Below are positions 12,801-25,577 of a stretch of DNA of 64,000 nt, piece by piece. Origin of the DNA: Protoeuglena noctilucae (Eukaryota); NCBI GenBank assembly GCA_958009085.1, contig OY253688.1:62001-126000 (forward strand), given 5' to 3'. Within the stretch, counting starts at the first letter, position 1. Every line of letters begins with the position of its first letter. The translations under genes were made by a program, and so were the position numbers. The notes beneath the pieces are model-generated. The model did not search any database, was not told the DNA's origin, and saw only the letters and a program-made list of their open reading frames with translations.

Positions 12801-13085
12801 CTCGAGAGCGCCCGCGTGGAACCGAAAGCGCCCGCGCACCGCCAGGCATGCCCAGGGCCAGCGAGGCCACGCCACGGCGACGCCCGTGGCCCCCGCGCAC
12901 CCATAGCGGTCGAGGAAGTGCAGGACCTCGATCCACTCGTCGCTCCGCGCCACCTCGCTCCGCTGCGCCTCCAGCTCCTCTGCGGAGAAACCGCGGCCAG
13001 GCGACACTGCTGCGCGCTGAGGCCGCGACTGCAGCGCAGCGAGAAGCTTCCCGGGCACGATGCAGTCCTGAACGAGGAACCGCAT
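9834..13085 (-). CDS. Multi-exon protein with a possible N-terminal DDT/WHIM1-like region and an Asp/Ser-rich tract
   Basis: MRFLVQDC...EWIEVLHFLDRYG|KLLGI...ALVALAYS...IATKLLAYFSPNMSPSKWESSLRHRL...GWATWPAAAR..RLLAL resembles plant DDT-domain proteins (from memory, not searched). Acidic (DS)n run at 12165-12235. Further spliced exons lead to TGA at 9834. Confidence 0.5.
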
Positions 13086-13933
13086 CGTCCCCAAGCCAGA
13101 AAGATAAAATATTAAAGAAACCGCGGCCACTGATGCTAAACAACTCGCTAATTCCTGCTGTCAGTTCGAGTTACAGGCACGCTGACGTCAACGATGAGAT
13201 CGAAGCGCGCCTGTCGCCCTGAAACGCCTGCTCACTGTCACCAAGGTCAGGCAGCTCATCACCCGCGCGAAGAGCGACGCATGGCAGAGCGACTGCTTTA
13301 TCGAGAGCCGAAAACCGCCGTGACGCCCACTGGACTCTGCGCGCGCGGCGAGATGCTGGGCTAAACGCGTCTTTCCCAGGACCGCGCATCGCGCGGGTTT
13401 GTGACGCGAAGGGAGAATGGGGGTGCTCGTGAGGAAGAAGAGGATCTCGGGGGGAGCCCCCTCGCTCGGCAGCGGGGTCCGTGCCAACGCGGTGGGGTGA
13501 GGCTCTGGGGACTCTGCTTGGCGGGCGCTGGGCCCGGGAGCGCCGCTGGGGGAGAGACGAAATCCCCCAGTCACCGCTGGTGTCATGGCGGGTCGCGTCC
13601 CCCGACGGGCAGGCGCGGCTCGAGCGATGGGAGCGGGCCTGCGTGGCGATGCGCCCCCCGACCGCGCGCCTGTCGGGGCGCATCTATGCAGTCGGGGTGC
13701 AGGACCGACTTTGTGGCGTTCGGTCGCGACCTTGCATGCGGGCCAGGGACCCCCACCCGCACGCCGGCTTGGGCGGACGCTTTTAGCGGCCAAAGCATTG
13801 CTCCGCCTCGCGGGGCCGTCCGGCCCTGGCGCAGAAACGCCTCCCGCGTCGGTACCCGCAGTCCGCTGGAAATGGCAGCGTCGTGAGATCACGAACCTCC
13901 CGGTGAGTCGCGAACGGCCTGCATTGGTTCCGC

Positions 13934-16900
13934 ATGCGTCATCCTGAGGCCCGCGCGCGCGCGCCGCGGCCGCAGCGCCCGCGCCCTCATCTTGCCCACG
14001 GCGTCATTTCGCGGCGTGTTTCGCAGCCCATGCGTCCCCGTGGCCGCCCGAGCGTCAGCCTCCGCCGTGCTCTGGAGGGGGCCCAGCGTGCCATGCAGCC
14101 CCTGACGTTCCCGTCCGCGATTCGTGAGGAGCCGGATAACGCGAAGGTTGCCAATCACGTCGCCGACGCGGCCGACGGCAAGCCCGCCGACTCCACGGAC
14201 TCGAAGCGGGGCGCTTCCCCGGGCCAGGACGTCCGCTTGGACCGGATCCTTTCAACCACCCACGCCTGGTCGCAGCCGCCGGAGGACATCGCCTTGTTCG
14301 AGGTGCGGGCGGCCGGCTGCACGGCATGGCTCGAGAGAGCTGCACTGAGGGTGTCGCGTCGTGTGTGACGAGCGTGGGTCGCCGGGTCAGTGTGGGCCCC
14401 TCGTGCTGGTCTGTCCCCGCAGGGCACTGCCAATGACCCGGAATGGGGCTCCGAGGAGGTCCTGAGGGCACCGCCGGGCTTCCGAAGGGCACTGCTGCGG
14501 GTGAGTGACCGCCATAGCGGCCATGTGCCGTACCACGCATGCGCGCTTGCCCCCGTCGCTTTCTCTCTGTCGCGGCACTGGACCCGCCCAGCATCTGTGC
14601 TCGCCCGCTCCGGTCGACGTCTGCCGGCCAGCACCCTCCGTGCCTGTCTCTTGTGGCACCCGCGCTCCGTCACCACAACCTCGCAACCTCCCGACGCACC
14701 GACCTTATCGTACCCACCCCCGCCCCCTCCAGGCCCGCATGTACGTGTGGGAGGTCCTGGAGCACCCCGAGCACTCCTGGCTGGGCCTGTCCATCACGGC
14801 AGTCATCATCCTGGCGATTCTGGCGTCCATCACGTCGTTCGTGCTGAGCGGCACCCCCAGCATCACCAGCCAGCCAGCCACGCGCGCGAAGTGGAACACC
14901 GCCTTCGCCGCCACGGAAATCACCACCGTAGCGATCTTCACCACGGAAATCGCGCTGCGGTTCTGGGCCAGGCGAGCGGACGAAAGACTTGCGACGCATC
15001 GACTCGCTTCCGCTCATCAGCGGAACAGACCCCGCTATTACTGACACCGGCTATTATATCAACATGTTTCTCTCTTTTCCTCACCCGCAGCAAGAACCGC
15101 CTGCGTTTCTGGATCACTCCGATGAACATCCTGGACGTGGTGTCGGTGCTGCCCTTCTACGTGGAGAAGGCGCTGTCGGGCAACAGCCACAACGGTGAGG
15201 AATGCTTGGATGCATGGGGGAGCGATGTCGCTGTGGCAGTGGCTGGGGAGTGCGTCTCATCTCACCCTCACTGCCACTCCCACTCTCACTGCCACCCCCA
15301 CCCCCACTGCCACCCCCACTCTCACCTCATCCCCACCCCCCCAGCCTCCACCGTTCTCCGTATCCTCCGCCTGGCCCGCATCTTCCGTCTATTCAAGGTG
15401 TCGCGCTACAGCATTGGCATCATCATCTTCACGAGGGCGCTACTCAAGTCCAGCAACGCACTCTTCGCGCTGGTGAGTCACAGAGTCGTTCTTTTTGAAT
15501 GCTGTGTTTGGTTCAGCCCTCACCCTGTTCCACCCCCACCCATCCACCCCGTCGCCTATCTGGTCATGCGCCATCTTCTCTTCAGTGTTACAACTAATGA
15601 TAAACACCCAGCCATCCACTCCCACCCAGGTTGTCTGTTTGGTCATGGGCACCACCATCTCGGCTTCCCTCTTGTGCTTCACTGTTACTAACAATAACAC
15701 TCATAAGTATTACTCATAACATCCCATTCACCCCATCCACCCAGGTCGTCTACCTGGTCATGGGCACCATCATCTCCGCCTCTCTCTTCTTCCTGGTAGA
15801 GACGGGGTCGTACGACGCATCGATCGGCGCCTACGTGATCCACGGGGAGGTCACGCAAGTGCAGTCCATACCGGACGCCTTCTATTGGGTGAGTGGTCGG
15901 GGGGCATACTGTGCTGTGTGTGTCTCATGATTGTGGGTGAGTGGGTCACGCAAGTGAAGTCCATACCCGACAGTCTCTCACTCCCACCCACGCCCACTCT
16001 CACTCCCACTCCCTCTCCCTCCTTCCCACTCCCCAGGCCATCACCACCATGTCCACGGTGGGGTACGGAGACATCGTGCCGCACACGGGGCTGGGGAAGC
16101 TCATTGCGGGGGTGACGATGATCGCCGGGCTGCTGGTGCTGTCCCTGCCCATGACGGGTGAGGGGGAGTGGATGGGTGGCAGTGTGTGTTGTTATTAGTC
16201 TATGATGGGGTACAGTGCGTTGCTGGCTATTTGTGACGATGATCGCCGGGCTGCTCGTACTGTCCCTGCCCATGACGGGTGAGGGGGAGTGGATGGGTGG
16301 CAGTGTGTGTTGTTATTAGTCTATGATGGGGTACAGTGCGTTGCTGGCTATTTGTGACGATGATCGCCGGGCTGCTCGTGCTGTCCCTGCCCATGACGGG
16401 TGAGGGGGGGTAGGTAGTGGTAGTGTGTTGCTGCTGACATGCGATGATTGGCGGCCGGGCTGTTCGCGCTCTAACTATGACGGCTAACTATGACGGGTGA
16501 GATGGGTGCGTTGGGGGTGGGGCTGGCAATGTGCCATGTGTCATCGGTCGGAAGGTCTCAATGCAGCACCAATGCACCCGCCGCCTACCTCAACCGCCCC
16601 CGTCGTCCCCCGTCGCAGTGATCGGTGCCAACTTCGCTGACGAGATGCAAGAGCTGCAGGAGATGAAGGAGGTGAGGGGACGGCTTGCTTGAATGTAACA
16701 ACTACTTCAATGGCATGTTCAGTGTCGAACCTTCCGCCAATCTGTGCTTGCCTCACCCACCACCCACACTGCACCCACCATCACCCACCCCCGTTCTCTC
16801 ACCCACCATCACCCGCCACCACCCCTCACCCCCCATCGCCCTGCAGCTCGAGCTCTTGGCCGCCCAGCAGCAGGACGGCGATGTGCTGGGCGTGGGCAGC

Positions 16901-19602
16901 GACATGCTGACGGCGGGGATGGCGGCGGCGGTGGGTAAGCCCTACAATGGCGGTGCGGGGGTGCAGGGGCCGGGATGGGGCAGTGGGGATGGGAGCGTGA
17001 GGAGGGGACTGGCGGCGGCGGCTGCGGCGTTAGAAGCTGCCGAAGCGTCGGGGAGGGGGCGCGAGGGGTCCGGGAGCGGGGTGCGGGAGGGGGCGGGGGA
17101 GGGGCGGGGAGAGGGGCGGGGCGGGCGCAAGGGCGGGGTGCAGTTCCGGAGTGGGGAGTTGGCGAGGGGCAGCGGGAGCTCGGGGGGCGACAAGGCGCTG
17201 AGGATACCCGTGGGGAGAGACGAGGAGGAGCAGATATGTGAGTCTCTATGTATGGGGCACATCGGAAGTGGCGTGGCAGAGTGGCTGGGTGTCACGCATG
17301 TCCGGTGATGGAATGCATCTGCATCTGCAATCGACGTGTTCACGTTTCATCACCCTGTAAGATTAAAAGTCTACTTTGCTTACACACGTCCTTATTCCCC
17401 TCCCCGCAGCGCTTCTGGATGCGATGGATGGGGACGACGATGGGGGGGACGCCACCAAGGCGAGACATGGATGGGATGAATGGGGTAGTGGGTGCTTATA
17501 GTGGGTACTTTGTATTGTGTGTTGGGTATTACACGGGATGTGGAGTACTTGTCACCGCCACTCTCACCACCACTCAACCCACCCCAGCACCCAACCCACC
17601 ACCCACCGCTCACCCCACCACCCACCACACACTCCACACCCACGACCACCCCATCTCCCCTCTCCCCAGGCCGTGGCTCCCCTCAGCACCCAGCCCCCCT
17701 CTGACGCCGAGGACGCCTATGTTTCTGACTCTGACGGTGCCAGAACGCCGTCATCAGACGGGGGGGGCGGGGGGCGGGGGCGGGAGGGGTGGGGCGGGAG
17801 CGGGGAGGTAGGCTCGCCTGCTATGGGGAGAAGGGAGGGGTCGCGAGCGCCGTCTATCGCCCCATCGATGGCCCCATCCGTGGCCACGAGGGGGGTATCG
17901 GGTGCGGGTGGTGGGGCGGGTGCGGGGCGGGCAGTGGGGCGGGCGGAGAGCGAGCGGGGTCCGACATCCACACGGGTGAGGGGATGGATGCGGGGGGAGA
18001 GATTGCGAGGAAAGTGTGAGATATGGTTACCTTATCGTGTTCACCATTGTCGCTATCTGATCCACATGTTCATCATCGTTACTGTCGTGTCAGTCAGAGC
18101 GCGGTGGGAGGGTGCGTTATCTTAGACTATCCACGTGTGTGTCAGTGTTACCGTCATCGTTACTGCACTATCGTGTTGGTTACAATTGCTATGCTATCCC
18201 GGTTGTGTCTGCAGGGCCCGGGAGAGGTGGCGAGGGAGACGGGGGTGCTGCACCGGGGGTCACTGGGGGACCGGCCAGGGCAGGCGGCCGTGGTGAGCGT
18301 AGAGTAGAGAATTGGTACATCATACGTGGTTGTGGATGTGAAGTACCAATGGTGGCTGCGGATGATGGTTTATCATGGTCTGTCACTGGAGTGTCTCGCG
18401 TGTGATCGCCAGCACCCACGCTGCCCGTCCCACCTCCGCTCCTCTCCTCGCTCTCCCCAGGGCCCGTCGGACCCGTCCATCTCCAGTGCTTATGTGGGGA
18501 TGCGGGAGGGTGAGGGCTGACTCTGCCGCAGCTGCCGCGAGGGGGGGGCAATGCGCGCGGTGGGCGGCTGTGGTGTCCGGCTGTGTAGCTGCTGCGCAAC
18601 ATTGCTTCCAACACGCGACGACCATCACCGCCACTTACCATTGCCATGCCACCCCCACAACCCCCATCGTTGCCCTTGCTCCCAGGGTCGGGTGGCGTGT
18701 CAGTGACAGAGTCCAAAGGCACCCCATCCAAGACACCCAGCCTCAGGTGAGAGACGTGCGGGCCCAGACATGGCTCATCTATGATTGGCTCGTGCTTGGA
18801 TGGCTCATCTATGATTGGCTCATTTTCACGACGCAGCTGCTGACGCCTTCATGCTATGGCTGCCCACCATGCCCACCCCTCCCCCACCACTGACCCCTTC
18901 CCACCCCACACCCCACCCCGCCACCCCTCCCCATCCCCCCCAGGGCCCGCATGGCTGCCCGTGGCCCCCCCACGGAGGACCACAGCGCCGTGCAGCAGCT
19001 GCAGATGGAGCTGCGTGCGATACGACTGGCGAATGAGATCCAGGAGACGATGGACCGACTGCAGGGACTGATGGCCGAGCACACGGAGGTGGTGGGGAAG
19101 CTGCAGGAGCAGCGGCGGATGTCGAGGCGCATGCGGACGTTCGTCAGCAAGATGCAGGCGAGTGGATTGGATGGGGGGTGACTGTGTGGTAATGGTATGG
19201 TAATGGCATGCGGACGTTCGTCAGAGCAAGATGCAGGCGAGTGGAATGGTGGCTGTGGGATGATGGAGGAGTGAGGGGTGGATGCGATGCGCACATTCAC
19301 CTTTCACCCGCACATGTGCTTTCCCCACCCTCACCCCTACATCCGCCACCCCTACCAACCCACCTCATCCATCACCCCTCCCACCTGCACACCCATCACC
19401 CCTCCCACCCACCCCTCCCACTTTCACACCCATCACCCCTCCCGTCCCTCTCAATCCTCACCCCTCACCTCCCACCCACCCCTGTCAACCCCAGACCACC
19501 CGCATCCGCCGCCCCCAAGAGGGCGAGCGTGGGAGCCACACCGAAGGGCCACCCCCCGCAACACGCCCCACCTCGCGACACGCATCAGAGGCAGTCGTGT
19601 GA
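13934..19602 (+). CDS. Voltage-gated potassium channel, 6TM Kv (Shaker/Shaw-like core)
   Basis: S2 [19 protein letters not shown]3 [17 protein letters not shown]4 [20 protein letters not shown]; pore [24 protein letters not shown]6 [27 protein letters not shown]. Start is uncertain (an upstream in-frame exon from 13585 is possible). Last exon 19495-19602 follows a GC-AG intron. Confidence 0.93.
16112..16500 (+). repeat. 121-bp tandem repeat spanning the S6 exon end and its 5' splice site
   Basis: The unit GTGACGATGATCGCCGGGCTGCT...CCCATGACGG|GTGAGGGGG... starts at 16112, 16233 and 16354. A degenerate fourth copy lies at about 16442-16500. Confidence 0.95.
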
Positions 19603-20607
19603 AGACAAGACCGGCCTCTCTGCTGTGTTGCCAGACGCTGGGGAGAAGCGCGACGGGTTTCTGGCGCACGCGGCCCGTATGAAACAGGGGGCCGCTCCTG
19701 GGCAGGGACGCGCTTCGTCGGCCCGGCCGTGTATATTTGACCCGTGACGCCCCTGATCCAACTTTATGGTGGTATTTTCTCAGAGCAGCTGCGTTGTGTA
19801 GCGTTACGTGACGTTTTGCGTAGGCATGCGTTTCATGCGTTTGGCGCGCCTCGACCCATTCCCCATTCACCCTGCCCTTGCATCTCGTCCATCGCACTTT
19901 CCAGCCTTGTGTGATCATTGCTGGACATACTGATGCAATGCCACTACTGGTGGTAGTGGTGAGGGACTGTCTGTGTTGCAGCAGATTGTGCCTTTTGGCA
20001 AGGCCTTCCCTCTCCTTTGGGGGTGCAACGCACCCCATGCAACCCACCAGGCAATCGAACATTGAAGGATGGTCGCCCGCGAGCTCGCCAGGTATGCCTG
20101 GCACATCATGCTGGCACAAGCCGGCTGCAACAGCATCACTCATATCAGCCATGCATTGCTTGCCCGTCTCGCGCACCACTAGCCTCGCATGCAACATAGC
20201 CACTAGCCCTCATTGCCGTCCAATGACTCTCTTCAAGCACCCAGCCGGTCATCGATCCTCACATGCCAAGCACAGCACACGCATGCCGCGCCAGCTACCA
20301 ACGTAATCTCATCCATCATCGATGTCACATGTCCACATGTCATCACCACATGCACAATTTCCGTGAGTATGTTGACGTCTCGCATGCTATGGCACCTGTC
20401 AAAGGCCACAACCACAACCTTGTGCTTCCACGACACATGCACACAGCGTCAGTCTCAAGCACCCACCACAGCTGCAGCCTCAGCCATCCACCGAAGCCGC
20501 AGCCCCACAGCCGCAGCCCCACGGCCACCACCTCATCCGCCCACCACAGCCACCACCTCATCCACCCAGCACAGCCGCAGCCTCAGCTAACGCAGCCACC
20601 CGCCCCC

Positions 20608-23600
20608 TCAGGCGCTCAGCAAGGCCAACGCTCGCTTCCGCGACGCTGCCAGTCGTGCAATCGTGAAGGGGTTGCGCATCTCAAACACCCCGGCCCTCAG
20701 CAGCTGCGCTTGCAGAGCGCAGTCGGCCAGCTGACCCTCCAGCGCCGTCGCCTGTTCCCGGGCCATGGCCTGCGGGCGATGGCAAGGCAATCCATGGTGG
20801 GTGTTGTGGCTATGGGGTGTCAATACCCTGTGTGCGAGGCACTGGTAAGTCAACCGAGGCATGGGTGAGTGTAGCTATGGTCCTATCTCATCCATTGATC
20901 TCCACCAGATGGACCGCCCCTTGCCACGCCTTGTGCCATACATGCAGCCCATGGCACGATTGCCTGGCTGCTGTCAAAGCACCTGTTTGCATCTGCCACG
21001 ATGCCCTCACCATGACACGGATGCTCTCGGCTCCCTGGATGCAAAAGTCCCTCGACGGCAGCGCTGGCGAAGTGAAGGCCGTCTCCAGGTCTCGCCCACC
21101 GCTATCCACCTGTGCAACCCCATCCACCTTCGTCGCCACGCCTTGGCCCGGCAAGGCAGTGACTGCGTCATGATTGCCGCCACACACCCCATCTGTCCTA
21201 GCAGGCTCCGCAGCCATAGATGCGCCGGTCGCCGTGGCGCGGGGCGGGCGAGGGCTGGTCTCTCTGCGTGGCAGGGCAACAGAGGGCCAGTGAAGTGGGT
21301 GGATCTTGATAAAATAGATGAAACCACCAACTGCGCCAGCACATGACACGAGGTGCCGTCAGCGACGGTGCATGCTTGGCGCCAATGCATATGGTGACCA
21401 GAACGCTTGAAACATGCGCAAGGTCTCACGTTGCAGCTGGTGGTACCGACGGTGCCACACACAGCTCCCCCTCCCCCGTTGCTGGGAGCTGCGGTTCGCT
21501 TGATGGCGGAACGTGCTGTTCTCCCGAAGCTGGCCCTTGCGCCTCGCCCATGTCCACATCAACAACGCTGCAGTGTGCGCCACCCAGCAGAGGGCCCCTG
21601 TGGTTCGTTGGCGACTGTTGCAGCCCAGGCGGGGCCACAGCAGCATCCGCAGGACGCGTGCGGTGCACTGAACCGGGCCCGTCTGCGTCTTTCGATGCCG
21701 CAGCAGGTGGGGCCGTGTCATGAAGGCAGGGCTGGGGTCCAATCTGCACCGGGGGCGCCAGGAGCGGTCCCTTGGCTGGAGTAAGCGTCATACTCCGGCC
21801 CTCACACGTGCCATCCGGAAGGTGCTGCGGGGGCGGTGGCGGTGGCCCTTGAGACGCCGAATGCGTGCGTGGTGGCGAGGCAGTGCGAAAGCACAGTGAC
21901 GCTTTCAATCCCCGCACAAGCACCTGTCCACACCTGTGCTCTCGCCGATGCCATATGAGAGTCCGCAGGCGGTGCCGGGGCTCCCATGGGAGCCATTGTC
22001 CCAGCGCTGCAGGCACATGAGAGCGAACCGGGCATCGCTGCTCCCATGTGCAGCCACATCACGCGTGCAATCAGATCACGCCACATGCCCCTCGAGTGCA
22101 AGCGATGCGTACGTGGCAACCAAATCATCCCACCAATCTCTCTGCCACTCACCGCGAACCCCCGGTCGGGGCGTGGTCGGGACGGTCGGCGGCTGCAACG
22201 GCGGGCAGGCCCGTAGACAGCTTGGGCAATCCCAGACCCGTCCCCTGCAGGCGCAGGGGCTGCCGGAAGGACCGCAAGGAAGCGCTCTGGAAGCGTCCCA
22301 GCGACGGCGGGCCCCGGAACGGGGCAGGCGCGGGCGGGCGAGGGCCTGACGGTGCGGGCGACACAGGCGCTATGGCCGGCAGGGGTGCTGGTGCCTGGGA
22401 CGCTGGGGGCGGCTCAGAGCGCAGGGTGGCACATCCCTGTAGTGCTTGTTCAGACGTGGCGCCCACGGCCGGCGCCAAAGGGGCTGGTCCCTTGGCTGCG
22501 GGGGGCTGCTTGCTTGGCACAGCCGTCGGGCTGAGGCCTTGCGCCTGCCCCTGTGTAGGGTGAGGGGCCGTGAGAGGCGCCTGTGGCTGCACTGCATCTG
22601 CGAGATCGAGCATATCCACGTCCTCGCACGTCCCCGGGCTGTCAGTCGCAATGCCTGGCACGGCTGAGTCGGGGCAGGGAGGGGCGGTCGGGGTGGTCGG
22701 GGCGAGGGTGGTGCCAAGAGGAGGCCTGGGGGCACAGCCGAAAGGGACTCAGGACTGCTGTCAACCGGGACATCCAGCCATGGCACATGCCCATAGGATC
22801 TGCCGTCGCACACCCATGCAGCTGAATGCGCACGCAACACCTGCATGAGACGGGGGAGTGCTGCTCCGCGGGCGTCGCAAGCTCTGTCGTGACACCAGAT
22901 TTGCGAGCGTGGACGCCGTCGTCGATGGGGTGGTCCGCAGACGCAGACGCAGCCACCTCAGTGGTGGTGGAGGGACCGTGTCGGTCCGAGGGTCGCACAT
23001 CGCCAGCAACCGCACCCGTCTGCCCTGGGCACCCTACGCCGCCACCTCCCGCCCCGCTCGCCGCTTTCCGGGCGCAGGTACCGTCGCCGCTCCCAGGAAC
23101 TCCCTGCGCCTCGTGACCTGCGCGTGCAATGCCGGGTCCAGCATCGTCAACTGCTGCAGCACGCAAGCACACGGGGGGGCTGGGCCAGCGCTGGCAAGGC
23201 GACCAAAAACAGACGGACGTCGTTCCGTGTGCGCCACGTAGCCGCGAGTCCTGGCGCGGACGCGTGCCGGCGACCCAGCAATGTGCACATGCATTGCCGC
23301 ATGGTTGTCGGAACAGCAGGCCGGTCAAAGCATTGCCAGGCACCCACCCGGCGGACTCGGGGCGCTCTTCGTCAGCTTCAGCGTCGACGGGATCGCTGAG
23401 CCCTTTGACGCCGAGGATGCGACGCCCTTGGCCTTCCCCTGGCTGGGCGACCCCGGCACATCGATGTCATCAAACGTCTGCGGGGGCACACGCGGACCTC
23501 GAAAGCTCAGAGCTTCGGCGACGGCAGGACCCAACACATAGCCTCCGAGTGCCACCTTGAGCCTGACACCGGCGCTCGTGACGACCTGTCTCCCAGGGGC

Positions 23601-23920
23601 CTTGTGGCGAGGGCCTCCAGCCTCAGGCCCGTGCACAGCGCACGCCACGCCGGCGTCCGTCGCGCCAGGCATAGGCTATACACATGTGCGAGTCCTCCAC
23701 CCGCGTCGCTCCACCCTGGGAACGTCACCATGCCGCACAGGAGGTCATCCACGTCGGCGTCGCGCCGGCCCCGGGCCGCCGAGGCCGGGAGGGACAGTCC
23801 CGCCCGCTTCCGCCGCGGATCGGGGCCCCGGAAGGACTCCCGCCGTAAGTGCTTCGGGCATGAGGTGTCGCCATGGCTGAAGCGCCCCGAGGCGTCCTCC
23901 AGCTCGTCAAGCAGGCCCAT
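20608..23920 (-). CDS. Large low-complexity hypothetical protein
   Basis: ATG at 23920 (MGLLDELEDASGRF...). Successive P/A/G/S-rich open exons. Terminal helical exon AMAREQATALEGQLADCALQAQLLRAGVFEMRNPF...LLSA*. No domain recognised. Confidence 0.5.
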
Positions 23921-25577
23921 TGTCGTGCGCCGGCGCGGGAGGGTGCAGCTCCGCCGCGGAGGGACTCCGGACCCCTTTCGCACCGCCGGCGGTGGGCACC
24001 GGCAACTCCAACTCACGGTGTCGTCTCGGAGAGCGCCGTGGGCGCGATCCTGCCGCGGGACGTCGGCGGGCAGCACCTCGGTGCCGCCGCTGACGACCAG
24101 GGGCCGGTCGGGGCCGCGCCGGGCGTCACCTGCGCAACGATTGAATTTACGATGAATGGACTCGGAACATGACGCGTTCACGGGCCTGCAGGGCCGGCGC
24201 CGGGGTAGGGCCGCCCCAGCCCGTTCCGCCGCCCCATCCCGCGAATCATCGCAATAGAGCGCCGATATGAAACGATCGCGATGTCGATACGTCGCGCCCC
24301 GGCCGCCCGAGGCGCAGGGGACGCGCCTGGCGCCCGCGCAGCTCGTACCTTCGCTTCGACGCTGCAGCCGCGGCCGAAATCCGACGAATGGAGACGGTCG
24401 ACAGCGCCCCGATGGCGTCGGGCACCGTCGTCGGCAGCCGAAGCGCTGACACCGAAACTGCCGGGGTCGAGCCCTTCGACTCGCCCGCGCGGGCCCGCAT
24501 GCCCCCCAGTCCCACGCTTCGAGGTGCAGCGGGCCGAATCGGAAGCCCGGCTGCTAGTGCGGTGGCGGCGGGGCTCGCCGACGACCGGCAGCTGGCCGCG
24601 GCGACCCCGGGAGAGCGGCGAAGGTGCTTCGTCGAGCGCAATGGAGGCCAGCGGAAGCCCCTCCCAGCCCTGGGGCAGCGGGCCGGCGGTGAGCTGGCCG
24701 ACCGTTCCCGCGGCAGCACCTTTTCCGGGCGACGACCCGATTTCCCGTGAGCTGTTTCCGCGAACTCGTCCGGTTACTGTGAGGAGGGCGTCGACGGCCC
24801 GCGGGGTACTTTCCTGCCCGCCCCTTCGGTTCGCTTTTCTCCCCGGGCGGGCCTCCTGCCCCCGGATTCGATCCCTGCTGTCGCCCTTCGCTTCTCTTTC
24901 GGCCCGCGACCACCCCCCGCTGCCTCGGCGCGGCGACAGCCCGGGAATTTCGGGCTGCCCCCGCGCGCCCCGGCCTGCGGGTGACGAGCCGTGCCGTGCT
25001 CGACCTCCGCGTTCAAACGCTGCCCTGGTGCCTCCCGCGACGCCAACCGACGTGGTGCGCTGTCCCCCGGGCGCGGCTCCCCGTCTCCCCGCGCGGCCGG
25101 CCCCGATCCCTTGCCTGGATCGAGTGCGTGGTTTTTCATGGCGCAGTGGGGTCGTCTGTGCCCGCATCCGGCCTCCTGGACGTCAGGGCGCCGCCTGGGG
25201 CGCGGGAGATTTTTTCCGAGCTTTTGTGCGGCAGCCGGGGACTTCTGCCCCGCGCGGTTCTCGCACCGGCTCGTGTATCCTGTCTATGTAGGCCGCCGAC
25301 CGCGAGCGCGTCACGCGCGCGGGTGCTCTGGTCGGCGAGTCGGCCCTGCAGCGCCCGCCAGAGGCCTGCGTCCCAATATCCTCGATTCCAGGCCGAAATT
25401 GACGTCGTGTTTTGCCTGCGACGCGCGCCGGAGGCTGCGGCGGGCGGCCTTTCGGGGGAACGGCTGCCACGTACCCGCGCGCACATGTGCCGCCCGCCCG
25501 CCGGGCCCCCCGGTGCCTTCGTCGCGCCCTGGCCACGGGGCCAGCAGCCGAGGTCCCGCCGCCCGTTGCGCTCGCAG

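Noticed and set aside
16112..16410. Regularly spaced repeat superficially resembling a CRISPR array
   Set aside because: The whole 121-bp unit repeats with no unique spacers, the context is a eukaryotic intron, and there are no cas genes.
19451..20203. 250-aa minus-strand ORF between convergent genes
   Set aside because: No recognisable motif, and it overlaps the last Kv exon in antisense. Most likely UTR sequence.
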